From a virus: 64,000 nt of DNA. The position numbers and the translations under genes are program-made. Shown here piece by piece: positions 57,051 through 64,000 of this stretch. The notes beneath the pieces are model-generated. The model saw only the letters and a program-made list of their open reading frames with translations. It was not told where the DNA came from and did not search any database. Positions within the stretch are counted from its first letter, which is position 1; the number at the start of each line of letters is the position of its first letter. The stretch is from positions 44,231 to 108,230 of the IMG/VR virus record IMGVR_UViG_3300025096_000006. One strand, 5' to 3'.

Positions 57051-57815
57051 TCATGGACATTCTTTTGTGTGTCTAAACGTACACCGCTCACACGAGAGCC
57101 TATTCTTAATGTACCGTTTATTTTTAATATTGTATAATGCTTTGTGCAATAATTTAAGAGCGTTTTCAGTTTTTCTTGGACCGCTCGTCACCCTAAATAG
57201 TTCAACTCTATTTTTCTTTGCGGTTCTCTTAAGAAGTGCAAAGTGTGTTTCTACATTAGCGGGATCAATTTCCATCTTTTGTGCAAAGAAGTGCTTATAA
57301 AGCGTAAGCTGATAAGTGGTCATCTTCTCACTACGGCGGCGAGAGTCCCAGCCCCAAGAGCAAGTCTTCCAATCAAAAATATGAACCTTTCCATCTGGTG
57401 TAGAGACAATCGCATCAATATATCCCTTGAACATATAATCGTCTTCGCCAGAAATAGGCTCGTAAAGCTTTAGCTCTACTGCTTCGACGTTGTATTCTCC
57501 GAAGTAGTCTGAGACTGCTTCTTCGATCTCTGGAAGTAAAGCTTTCCCTTGTCCCACCATTTGATCAACCAATCCGCTATCCACAGGCACATCGTCTCCG
57601 AGGTCAGTAATATGATCATTAAAGCTACGAACAAAAAATCCTTCATCGTCGATCTCTTCCTTTAATAGTTTTTTCTCGCATACAGCGTGGATAGCTGATC
57701 CGAATGCGGTGAACTCATTCCCCTTGAATCCTTTGAGCTTATCAATACGTGTAAGTTTATGATAAAACGCGCAAGTTACCCAATCTTTGAGTTCAGAATA
57801 TGAAATATGTGGCAA
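57051..57815 (-). CDS. PD-(D/E)XK nuclease (Cas4/AddB-like, 4-Cys Fe-S staple)
   Basis: GSAIH, E, GYID, DWKT and QL.LY motifs; N-terminal Cys plus C-terminal CERC..C. Confidence 0.85.
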   Translation of the reverse strand: MPHISYSELKDWVTCAFYHKLTRIDKLKGFKGNEFTAFGSAIHAVCEKKLLKEEIDDEGFFVRSFNDHITDLGDDVPVDSGLVDQMVGQGKALLPEIEEAVSDYFGEYNVEAVELKLYEPISGEDDYMFKGYIDAIVSTPDGKVHIFDWKTCSWGWDSRRRSEKMTTYQLTLYKHFFAQKMEIDPANVETHFALLKRTAKKNRVELFRVTSGPRKTENALKLLHKALYNIKNKRYIKNRLSCERCTFRHTKECP

Positions 57816-57837
57816 AATCCCTCCAGATTTATATTAT

Positions 57838-57866
57838 ATTATAACCACTTATTTACTAGTTGTCAA
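57838..57866 (-). promoter_or_regulatory. consensus sigma70 promoter
   Basis: TTGACA-N17-TATAAT followed by GGAGG RBS and TTG start. Confidence 0.85.
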
Positions 57867-58554
57867 GCTTTTCTGGGCTTTGTAATAGAATTAATTTTTT
57901 ATAGAGTTCTGGACTAACTTTTTGTAAAAATCCATGTCCATCTGGATTAATATAAAATTCAGTAAACCCTGTTGCGTAATACTCTCTTAAAGATGTTGCA
58001 GCGTATGGTGATATAAAGATTCCTTCTACTAATGTGGATAGTTTGTTATATCCCACTTTTTCATATAAAAACATATCAAACTCTTTATTATATTCAAGCT
58101 CCATAAAAACCGATATTGGAGCCTTAAAGCCTTTCTCCCATAAAATATCATGAAGAAACTTTCTTTTTCTTAAAAACTCAAGTTCAATTTTTTTATCGCC
58201 ATATAAAAAATAGCCGTGAGGCTCTTCTAAAGAGTGTGATATTTCATGTATGATGTCATCGTACATATCCATAAAATCATTTTGAATATTAGATACATAT
58301 ATTGTTCCCCCATCATAGAATGCATTTATACTGCGCTCTTCAAACTCGTCAAACCATCCAACAATTATCATTTCTACTTCTGATAATAGATGATCGGGAA
58401 CTACAGATTCAATATCGCCTACAACTGTCTCAACATTGATGTCTTCGTTTTCAACAGGATCTTTAAAATATACATGAATCCCTGTTGGGGTATAAAAGTC
58501 AGTCTGTTGTTCTATTAGTCGCTTCTGTTTCTGTTGTATATAATCCTTTAGCAT
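57856..58554 (-). CDS. zincin-like metallopeptidase
   Basis: IIHEISH plus downstream PYAATSLREYYA. Confidence 0.65.
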   Translation of the reverse strand: MLKDYIQQKQKRLIEQQTDFYTPTGIHVYFKDPVENEDINVETVVGDIESVVPDHLLSEVEMIIVGWFDEFEERSINAFYDGGTIYVSNIQNDFMDMYDDIIHEISHSLEEPHGYFLYGDKKIELEFLRKRKFLHDILWEKGFKAPISVFMELEYNKEFDMFLYEKVGYNKLSTLVEGIFISPYAATSLREYYATGFTEFYINPDGHGFLQKVSPELYKKLILLQSPEKLDN

Positions 58555-58792
58555 CTTCTAATCCCAATTTATATCCGCGAAGAAAATTTTCTTCAGCATA
58601 CGCAAACGCAAATTCAGGAAAATCAGTTGCAAGAACTTCTGCTATCATATTAACGGTTACTTCTTCGTTATTAAGCTTTGTTCCAACATATTCAACAAGA
58701 TATTGTTGTAATTCTGAATTTGGCGTAACGGCCAAGCCCAGCAGAGGGTTTGTGTGTGCTTCTTCTTCTGTAATAACTTTTTCTTCTGACAT
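58499..58792 (-). CDS. hypothetical protein
   Basis: AAGGAG RBS; co-oriented. Confidence 0.6.
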   Translation of the reverse strand: MSEEKVITEEEAHTNPLLGLAVTPNSELQQYLVEYVGTKLNNEEVTVNMIAEVLATDFPEFAFAYAEENFLRGYKLGLEDAKGLYTTETEATNRTTD

Positions 58793-58820
58793 TTATAACT
58801 CCTTAATCAGTATATCATAA

Positions 58821-60149
58821 TCATAAGACTTTTGAAGCGAGTGTGGCTAATTCGCTTCTTTCGCCTTTTTTAAACGTCACATGTCCAGCAATTGGATATT
58901 GTTTAAAACTTTCAATTGCATGCGCTAAACCATTAGACGTTTCATTAACATAAATATTATCAATTTGTTCAATATCGCCTGTTAATATAATTTTAGTACC
59001 ATCACCAATGCGGGTAATAATAGTTTTAATCTCATGTTTTGTTAAATTTTGTGCTTCATCAATAATAACATATGCATTTGCTATTGAGCGACCACGAATG
59101 TATGTTAATGCTTCGATCTCTATTTTACCTTTCTCGACATACATTTGTAAGGCATTTCTATCTCCAATAAGATATTGTAAATTATCTTGAATCGGCATTA
59201 GCCATGGTAACATTTTTTCGTGCATTGTTCCCGGCAAGAATCCAATATCTTTCCCTAGCGGTTGGACTGGTCTTGACACTATTAGTCTATCATAATGATT
59301 GTCGCCGGTACCGAGTGTTTGTTGAAGACCGGATGCTATAGCACATAGAGTTTTTCCAGAGCCGGCGCGCCCAATTAAAGAAACTATTTTAATATCTGGA
59401 TCCATTAAAAGATCCATAGCAAACGCCTGTTCCTTGTTTCTAGCAGAAATATTCCAATCAGGCAGCTTATCGTGAATAATCTTTTTTAAAGGAGCGTGGT
59501 GACTTTTAAAGCGCGCTAATGCTGTCTTTTTTTCATTAGCGTTAGAGACCATCATAACAAATTGATTTGGATACCATGAATCTCCTACTTCATCCGATTC
59601 GATAAGAATATCTTCTCCATCGTAAAATCTATCAATAACCTGATCGTCAACAAGATGCTCAATAAATCCATTATAAAGCTGATCAGATGATTCGGCCGCT
59701 TTTTCAGTAACATAATCTTCAGCTATCATCCCAATAGAATCACATATCACTCGCATATTAATATCGCGTGATACTACAATCATCTTTCTATTTGGCTGCT
59801 TCTGCTGTACAGCTTTTGCTGTAGCGAGAATGACATGATCTGGTATTCCAATATCTAAATCTGGCGGGAATACAGAATCTGCCAAGCAGGAATATGACAT
59901 TACTTTAACAAGACCCTTGCCCTTGCCAAGGCGGACGCCTTTTTGTAAATCGCCGGTGATCCTTAGCTCATCAAGAGTTCTGATTATTTTTCTAGCGTTT
60001 GCTCCTGCGGAGTCCTGGCGCTTTTTGTGTTTATCGACTTCTTCAAGTACTTTAAGAGGAATAAAGATATCATTATTGCCAAACTCAAATATTGAATTAG
60101 CATCTGTTAAATAAACGCTGGTGTCCAGCACATAATTCTTTTTAGCCAT
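58821..60149 (-). CDS. phoH: PIN-domain PhoH ATPase
   Basis: VLDTSV/EEVD PIN domain; GRAGSGKT, IGFLPG, RGRS, DEAQN and GDIEQID motifs. Confidence 0.92.
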   Translation of the reverse strand: MAKKNYVLDTSVYLTDANSIFEFGNNDIFIPLKVLEEVDKHKKRQDSAGANARKIIRTLDELRITGDLQKGVRLGKGKGLVKVMSYSCLADSVFPPDLDIGIPDHVILATAKAVQQKQPNRKMIVVSRDINMRVICDSIGMIAEDYVTEKAAESSDQLYNGFIEHLVDDQVIDRFYDGEDILIESDEVGDSWYPNQFVMMVSNANEKKTALARFKSHHAPLKKIIHDKLPDWNISARNKEQAFAMDLLMDPDIKIVSLIGRAGSGKTLCAIASGLQQTLGTGDNHYDRLIVSRPVQPLGKDIGFLPGTMHEKMLPWLMPIQDNLQYLIGDRNALQMYVEKGKIEIEALTYIRGRSIANAYVIIDEAQNLTKHEIKTIITRIGDGTKIILTGDIEQIDNIYVNETSNGLAHAIESFKQYPIAGHVTFKKGERSELATLASKVL

Positions 60150-60405
60150 TTGTTTTAATTAGTTCGATTATATTTGTTTGATAAACAAACGTCTCTATTT
60201 GATCTGGAAATTTAAATGGGATTTGCCATTCCTTACGTAGTATATCCGCTTCACGCTGTCGTGTCAAGTGGGCGCGCCAAATAACATAGCTAGGATCTTT
60301 AGGAGGATTGCTAACAATACGCTCAACAAGTTTAACGTGAAATTTAGGTATCACTTCACCAGCGCTGGATCTTACCAGCACTATATCACCCACTTTGTAT
60401 TTCAT
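60142..60405 (-). CDS. small SH3-like hypothetical protein
   Basis: Start revised to MKYKVGDIVLV at 60405. Confidence 0.55.
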   Translation of the reverse strand: MKYKVGDIVLVRSSAGEVIPKFHVKLVERIVSNPPKDPSYVIWRAHLTRQREADILRKEWQIPFKFPDQIETFVYQTNIIELIKTNG

Positions 60406-60946
60406 TAAAGTAACTATGGTGCTTCCAACAGCGAGGCTCATAAAGTTCGGCGCCTCCAACTGTTATTTCAGCAATATCTTCTACTTTTTTATGCGTGTAG
60501 TAAGCATCTTGTCCACAAACTGTACATACCGCAGGACATTTTTCAATGCGTGTTGCCCACGGAAACATAGCTTCAACCTCCTCAAATGCCTTTCCAGTCG
60601 CAGATAAATCTAAAGACGATACTACAATCGTTTTACCTTTTTTAAACAGGTCAATGAGCGCCCAGGACGTCCCAGGTATCATAAACGCTTCATCCACAGC
60701 AATAACATCGTATTCATTGTGGTGGCTTATATATTGATGTATCTCCATTCCGCTATTAACTACACGTGCCGGCATAGATGCTCCTGAATGCGTAACGATA
60801 CTGGTTTCACAATAGCGATCGTCGATACCGGGCTTAAATGCAATGATGTTACGCTTCTGGTATTTATAGCGATCTAAAGCCGCAAACAAACGGGTAGTCT
60901 TTGATCCAAACATTGGTCCAGTGAAAATGGTGAACTTTGGATTCAT
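60386..60946 (-). CDS. tdk: thymidine kinase
   Basis: GPMFGSKT, DEAFM, CTVCG and GGAELYEPRC motifs; start revised to ATG 60946 because the longer ORF overlaps a tRNA. Confidence 0.93.
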   Translation of the reverse strand: MNPKFTIFTGPMFGSKTTRLFAALDRYKYQKRNIIAFKPGIDDRYCETSIVTHSGASMPARVVNSGMEIHQYISHHNEYDVIAVDEAFMIPGTSWALIDLFKKGKTIVVSSLDLSATGKAFEEVEAMFPWATRIEKCPAVCTVCGQDAYYTHKKVEDIAEITVGGAELYEPRCWKHHSYFNEIQSG

Positions 60947-60960
60947 AATACCCTCAAATG

Positions 60961-61035
60961 TGGAGCGAGTGACTGGGTTCGAACCAGCGACAGCCACGTT
61001 GGCAACGTGGGGCTCTACCACTGAGCTACACTCGC
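60961..61035 (-). tRNA. tRNA-Gly(GCC)
   Basis: GCGAGTG acceptor stem, AGCTCAGTGGTAGAGC D arm, CCACG-TTGCCAA-CGTGG anticodon arm, GGTTCGAACC T arm, encoded CCA. Confidence 0.96.
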
Positions 61036-61036
61036 C

Positions 61037-61112
61037 TGGAGCCACTTATAGGAGTCGAACCTACGACCTGCTGATTACAAATCAGCTGCTCTGCCAACTG
61101 AGCTAAAGTGGC
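61037..61112 (-). tRNA. tRNA-Thr(TGT)
   Basis: GCCACTT/AAGTGGC acceptor stem, CTGAT-TTGTAAT-CAG anticodon region, GGTTCGACTCC T arm, encoded CCA. Confidence 0.96.
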
Positions 61113-61113
61113 G

Positions 61114-61149
61114 AAAAAACCGGTTTTTTAGCGTCCATGGAAAACCGGC
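61114..61149 (-). terminator. terminator-like hairpin with U-tract directly upstream of tRNA-Thr
   Basis: GCCGGTTTT-N13-AAAACCGG followed by TTTTTT. Confidence 0.45.
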
Positions 61150-61191
61150 AAACCCCTGCCTACATAAGGATCAGGCAGCCACCTATCGTTA

Positions 61192-61413
61192 TTAGTCCGA
61201 CGATACAGCGGATTCGCCACTTGGGGTAGTGGTCTTGGCGGGGGCTTCAGTAGTTTCAGTACTAAAATTTTCCTCAACTCGATCGGCTACATCTTCAAAG
61301 GTTTCGCTTGTAGTCTGTTCAGTTGTCTCTGTTTCTGTGGTTGTCTCTGCTTCTTCAGTTGTCTCTGTCTCGGCACAACCAACCAACACAGCCAACGCAA
61401 TAATCGCTCTCAT
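61192..61413 (-). CDS. small acidic Thr/Glu-rich lipoprotein
   Basis: MRAIIALAVLVGC lipobox; GAGGAG RBS; start revised to 61413. Confidence 0.7.
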   Translation of the reverse strand: MRAIIALAVLVGCAETETTEEAETTTETETTEQTTSETFEDVADRVEENFSTETTEAPAKTTTPSGESAVSSD

Positions 61414-61423
61414 AATTTCTCCT

Positions 61424-61897
61424 CTAGTTAAGCGTAATAGTTCCATTTTCGGTAGGAACAGATACCGTCCAACCGCCTGTATAGGGCGATTCCATAATCA
61501 AATCTTCCACGGGGATCTTCACTGTCGCTGACAGTGTGCAAAATCCGCGCTTATAATCATACTTTGTAATTGAAGACTCAATAAAATCCAAATCATAAAA
61601 GTTTTCACGAATAGTCTCTCCGATGAACTCGGAAAAACTAAAGCTTCCTCGCTCGTATTCATCAAGAAATCCGCCGTCACGAAGCGAATCCATGTAATTC
61701 GTTCCATACATACTACTAACACGAATTCCACGTGTAGCAATAAGTTCAGCAAACTGCTCAACCACATCAGTGTTTGATAAAGCTGTATCAACTTCATCTT
61801 CATTCATAAGAAACACATCGGTTCCTTCGCTATATGTAAGTGTTGCCATGGCGTTTGGTGCCGTGCGCAAGCTCTTCAGCTTTTCAGTAAATGACAT
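61424..61897 (-). CDS. hypothetical protein
   Basis: AGGAGG RBS; co-oriented. Confidence 0.65.
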   Translation of the reverse strand: MSFTEKLKSLRTAPNAMATLTYSEGTDVFLMNEDEVDTALSNTDVVEQFAELIATRGIRVSSMYGTNYMDSLRDGGFLDEYERGSFSFSEFIGETIRENFYDLDFIESSITKYDYKRGFCTLSATVKIPVEDLIMESPYTGGWTVSVPTENGTITLN

Positions 61898-61914
61898 TAA
61901 TCCTCCTTTTGTAT

Positions 61915-62136
61915 TTACTTATTTTTTTCAGTATAATGTTTTTGAATCTCTGATGCAAGACCTTGCATATCTTTAGAGACTGCATTTTTAAAAGCTGATA
62001 CCTCGCTTTTAATAATAAAGAGATCGTCTACCAATCCGCTAATTCTCATATTAAGTCTTGAAATTTCGGCGGACTGTTGGGTAACCGTCTTCTTTAGTTG
62101 TTTAGTTGTTCTATTATCCGTAGTTGTTTCTGCCAT
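61915..62136 (-). CDS. coiled-coil hypothetical protein
   Basis: Start revised to MAETT at 62136 (AAGGAG RBS). Confidence 0.6.
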   Translation of the reverse strand: MAETTTDNRTTKQLKKTVTQQSAEISRLNMRISGLVDDLFIIKSEVSAFKNAVSKDMQGLASEIQKHYTEKNK

Positions 62137-62176
62137 CGTGTTCTCCTTTTTAGGTAGAAAAAATTGTTTTATTTTT

Positions 62177-62437
62177 TCAAACATTATTCTCAATCCAAAC
62201 AATTATAAAATCGTTTTTGCTTGGAGGAGAAGTATTGTTTGCTGTGCTTTCTGTTATGTGCAGTGGGACGATACAAGACTTTAATATTTTCACTGCAATT
62301 TTATTACCGCCGCCAATCCAAGATAATCTTTCGGCGTTGCAACCTTGTTTTATCATAGCTTTATCAGAAGTAGGATACCAAAAATTATTATGTCCGATTT
62401 CAGATGTATAACATATAGTATTTTCTTGTATTTTCAT
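62177..62437 (-). CDS. hypothetical protein
   Basis: Start revised to ATG 62437, downstream of the promoter. Confidence 0.55.
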   Translation of the reverse strand: MKIQENTICYTSEIGHNNFWYPTSDKAMIKQGCNAERLSWIGGGNKIAVKILKSCIVPLHITESTANNTSPPSKNDFIIVWIENNV

Positions 62438-62460
62438 TTTGTATTCCCTAAGCCCTCTAT

Positions 62461-62489
62461 AATATAACAATTTTATAAGCAGTTGTCAA
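62461..62489 (-). promoter_or_regulatory. sigma70-type promoter
   Basis: TTGACA-N17-TATATT with TG extension. Confidence 0.7.
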
Positions 62490-62492
62490 GCA

Positions 62493-62993
62493 TTATCTAT
62501 CAGAGTGTTTCGCTTTAGCTCTAATTGGTGGCGATAGTGACTGATCAAAATTTCTAGAATTTTTTACTAAATCAGAAGAACTAGCTAGCTTTTTGTCTCC
62601 ACCCACTCCCCACAATAACTTAACATTTAATTCTTCACAAACTGATTGCTCAGGAGTATTCGACCTTCCGCGATCGCCACCATTCGCAAAGAAATCAGGC
62701 TTAAGTCTACGAATAGCTTCACATACAGTACCATCTGAATCATCCACAGAGTCTACCAAGATTACCCCCTTAATGGCGTTAAGAATCTCAGCACGTTGTT
62801 CAAAAGTCATAAAAACAAACCCTTTCTTGCGAAATAACCAATCATCAGAATTTGCTATAACGACAACATCTCCAAAATTAGCAGCATCTCTAATCATGCG
62901 AATATGTCCCGCATGAACAGGATCAAAACCTCCTGAAACCATTACGGTTGGCTTTTTTTCGTCTTTGCCAAACATCTTAGGGTGAACTGTCAT
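62493..62993 (-). CDS. cytidylyltransferase-family nucleotidyltransferase (TagD/RfaE-II-like)
   Basis: SGGFDPVHAGH (HxGH), RKKG, FANGGDR and SSS motifs. Confidence 0.88.
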   Translation of the reverse strand: MTVHPKMFGKDEKKPTVMVSGGFDPVHAGHIRMIRDAANFGDVVVIANSDDWLFRKKGFVFMTFEQRAEILNAIKGVILVDSVDDSDGTVCEAIRRLKPDFFANGGDRGRSNTPEQSVCEELNVKLLWGVGGDKKLASSSDLVKNSRNFDQSLSPPIRAKAKHSDR

Positions 62994-63186
62994 TTTTCTT
63001 TCCTTTCTTCTGTTCCGGGAAATATTTCTTTACTTTAAATTGTGAGCCGTCCGGACCACATCGATGAATTTTTACTTCTAAAAGCCCTGTATCATCATTA
63101 TCCAGCATGGTACATCGTATTTCATTTGCATCATCGTAGCTATTAAAAATTCTGACTTTTTGCCATTTCTTTGATGTTTTTTCCAT
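62977..63186 (-). CDS. hypothetical protein
   Basis: TAATG coupling to the upstream 30-aa ORF. Confidence 0.6.
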   Translation of the reverse strand: MEKTSKKWQKVRIFNSYDDANEIRCTMLDNDDTGLLEVKIHRCGPDGSQFKVKKYFPEQKKGKKNDSSP

Positions 63187-63278
63187 TACTTCTTCTTAGC
63201 CTTCTTTCTATTGGCGCGCTTTTTCGAGCCCACTTTTCGTCGGCGCCGGAACTTGCGGGCTGGTGCTTTTCTACTCAT
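63186..63278 (-). CDS. 30-aa ultra-basic peptide (not in the ORF track)
   Basis: MSRKAPARKFRRRRKVGSKKRANRKKAKKK; AAGGAG RBS; fills the gap exactly, with TAA-ATG and TAATG coupling. Confidence 0.75.
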   Translation of the reverse strand: MSRKAPARKFRRRRKVGSKKRANRKKAKKK

Positions 63279-63626
63279 TTAGTCTCCTTTTGGTGTTGGG
63301 GGTATAACCCACGGTGATGTAAGTTCATCTTGTTTTTGTTCGCAATCGCAACCAAACACAGATACTGAATCCATGCGGTTGCCATTGGAACTACACGATG
63401 TCTCACATTGTTTAATAACCTCTTCGTCTACTTGACAAGAGTTCACAAACACAATTATAATCACCGTCGCACAGATGTAAAGTATTCCCTTAGCAATAAA
63501 TGATAAATCTAAAGATGCTAAAGGATCTGGTGGCTCTGGTGGTCTTCTTCTACTTGATCTGTCGTAGTCTGATGTATCGCCCAGTGGTCTCGTCGTAGAC
63601 GAGTCGTTGTTTGGATATCTCGTCAA
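63279..63626 (-). CDS. membrane-anchored Cys-rich small protein
   Basis: One TM helix followed by C..C...C...CDC. Confidence 0.55.
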   Translation of the reverse strand: MTRYPNNDSSTTRPLGDTSDYDRSSRRRPPEPPDPLASLDLSFIAKGILYICATVIIIVFVNSCQVDEEVIKQCETSCSSNGNRMDSVSVFGCDCEQKQDELTSPWVIPPTPKGD

Positions 63627-63843
63627 TTACGTGCTCTCTAAAAACATTAGTTACAGGCTCTTCGCTCAACTCAGCTTCTCTTTCAGCCTTGTAGTCTCTT
63701 TGTGCCTGATCCAATAAACATTGTACCTTATGATTGAGTTCTTGTGTTCTATATTTTTCGTTTTTTCTAAACTGAATGAAACTATAAGTAAAATATCCGA
63801 AGATACACAAATTCATCAATAAAATAATTCCAAAAATTTCCAT
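63550..63843 (-). CDS. membrane-anchored hypothetical protein
   Basis: AGGAGG RBS; N-terminal TM helix. Confidence 0.6.
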   Translation of the reverse strand: MEIFGIILLMNLCIFGYFTYSFIQFRKNEKYRTQELNHKVQCLLDQAQRDYKAEREAELSEEPVTNVFREHVIDEISKQRLVYDETTGRYIRLRQIK

Positions 63844-63854
63844 ACTGCGCCCTC

Positions 63855-63998
63855 CTATGCAGCGGTATCTAATCCGGTATCACCGGTGTCTCCTCCTTCG
63901 TCAGGAAAATAACGATACCCCACTTCCACTAAATCATTCCCACCCGGGATGACCGTAAAGTAAATAGTATTATCTGTAGAAGAGTAATACCAATCGTA
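63855..63998 (-). CDS. 3' end of an extracellular-type protein (partial; not in the ORF track)
   Basis: YDWYYSSTDNTIYFTVIPGGNDLVEVGYRYFPDEGGDTGDTGLDTAA*. Confidence 0.6.
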   Translation of the reverse strand, partial: YDWYYSSTDNTIYFTVIPGGNDLVEVGYRYFPDEGGDTGDTGLDTAA

Positions 63999-64000
63999 AT

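Noticed and set aside
60930-60960. tRNA-associated theta/HDV-like ribozyme after the tRNAs
   Set aside because: Only 14 nt separate the CCA end from the tdk start and no HDV-like fold is visible
60947-61045. N-terminal extension of thymidine kinase in the ORF track
   Set aside because: It is read through tRNA-Gly; the real start is ATG 60946 with a GAGG RBS
61114-61200. tmRNA (GTG GCT GCC TGA resembles a ...AA* tag end within a hairpin)
   Set aside because: No tRNA-like 5' or 3' domain is present, and in-frame stops lie just upstream of the putative tag end
108-62916. Numerous short plus-strand ORFs in the track
   Set aside because: They lie antisense to well-supported minus-strand genes or tRNAs and show no recognisable motifs
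1-64000. Stop-codon reassignment
   Set aside because: Very long ORFs and dense packing under the standard code; TAA, TAG and TGA all serve as real gene ends

Overview
A 64-kb segment of a large, AT-rich, contractile-tailed (jumbo myovirus-like) bacteriophage genome. Essentially every real gene is on the minus strand and uses the standard genetic code. In transcription order (right to left): (1) small early or accessory genes with sigma70-type promoters, a cytidylyltransferase, a lipoprotein, two tRNAs (Thr-TGT, Gly-GCC), thymidine kinase, PIN-PhoH, a HExxH peptidase and a Cas4/AddB-like nuclease; (2) a contiguous ~15-kb, 15-gene glycan-biosynthesis cluster (41.8-57.0 kb) with RmlB, GDP-mannose 3,5-epimerase, Ugd, a DegT aminotransferase, two formyltransferases, a GNAT, two methyltransferases, an SGNH protein and six glycosyltransferase genes including GT11 and a GT-D-like protein; (3) a gp55-like sigma factor followed by a ~37-kb baseplate/tail module (M23-fused hub, spike, gp25, gp6-like wedge, a 3212-aa LamG protein, fibre-collar-like proteins); (4) RuvC-like resolvase, primase, three small late genes (two sharing a leader peptide) and the start of an SbcD/Mre11 nuclease. 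The best candidate for an undescribed system is virion protein glycosylation: a subset of the neighbouring structural proteins is strongly and selectively enriched in the tripeptide [S/T]-[G/A]-S, a possible O-glycosylation sequon for the phage's own glycan cluster. Also notable are an in-frame ~59-nt GC-rich Ser/Thr-kinase-like fragment (HRDLKP) inside a structural gene, a mobile insertion domain shared by three tail genes, a possibly split fibre-collar domain, and an unannotated 30-aa ultra-basic peptide. All family assignments come from motif recognition by eye; no database searches were run.
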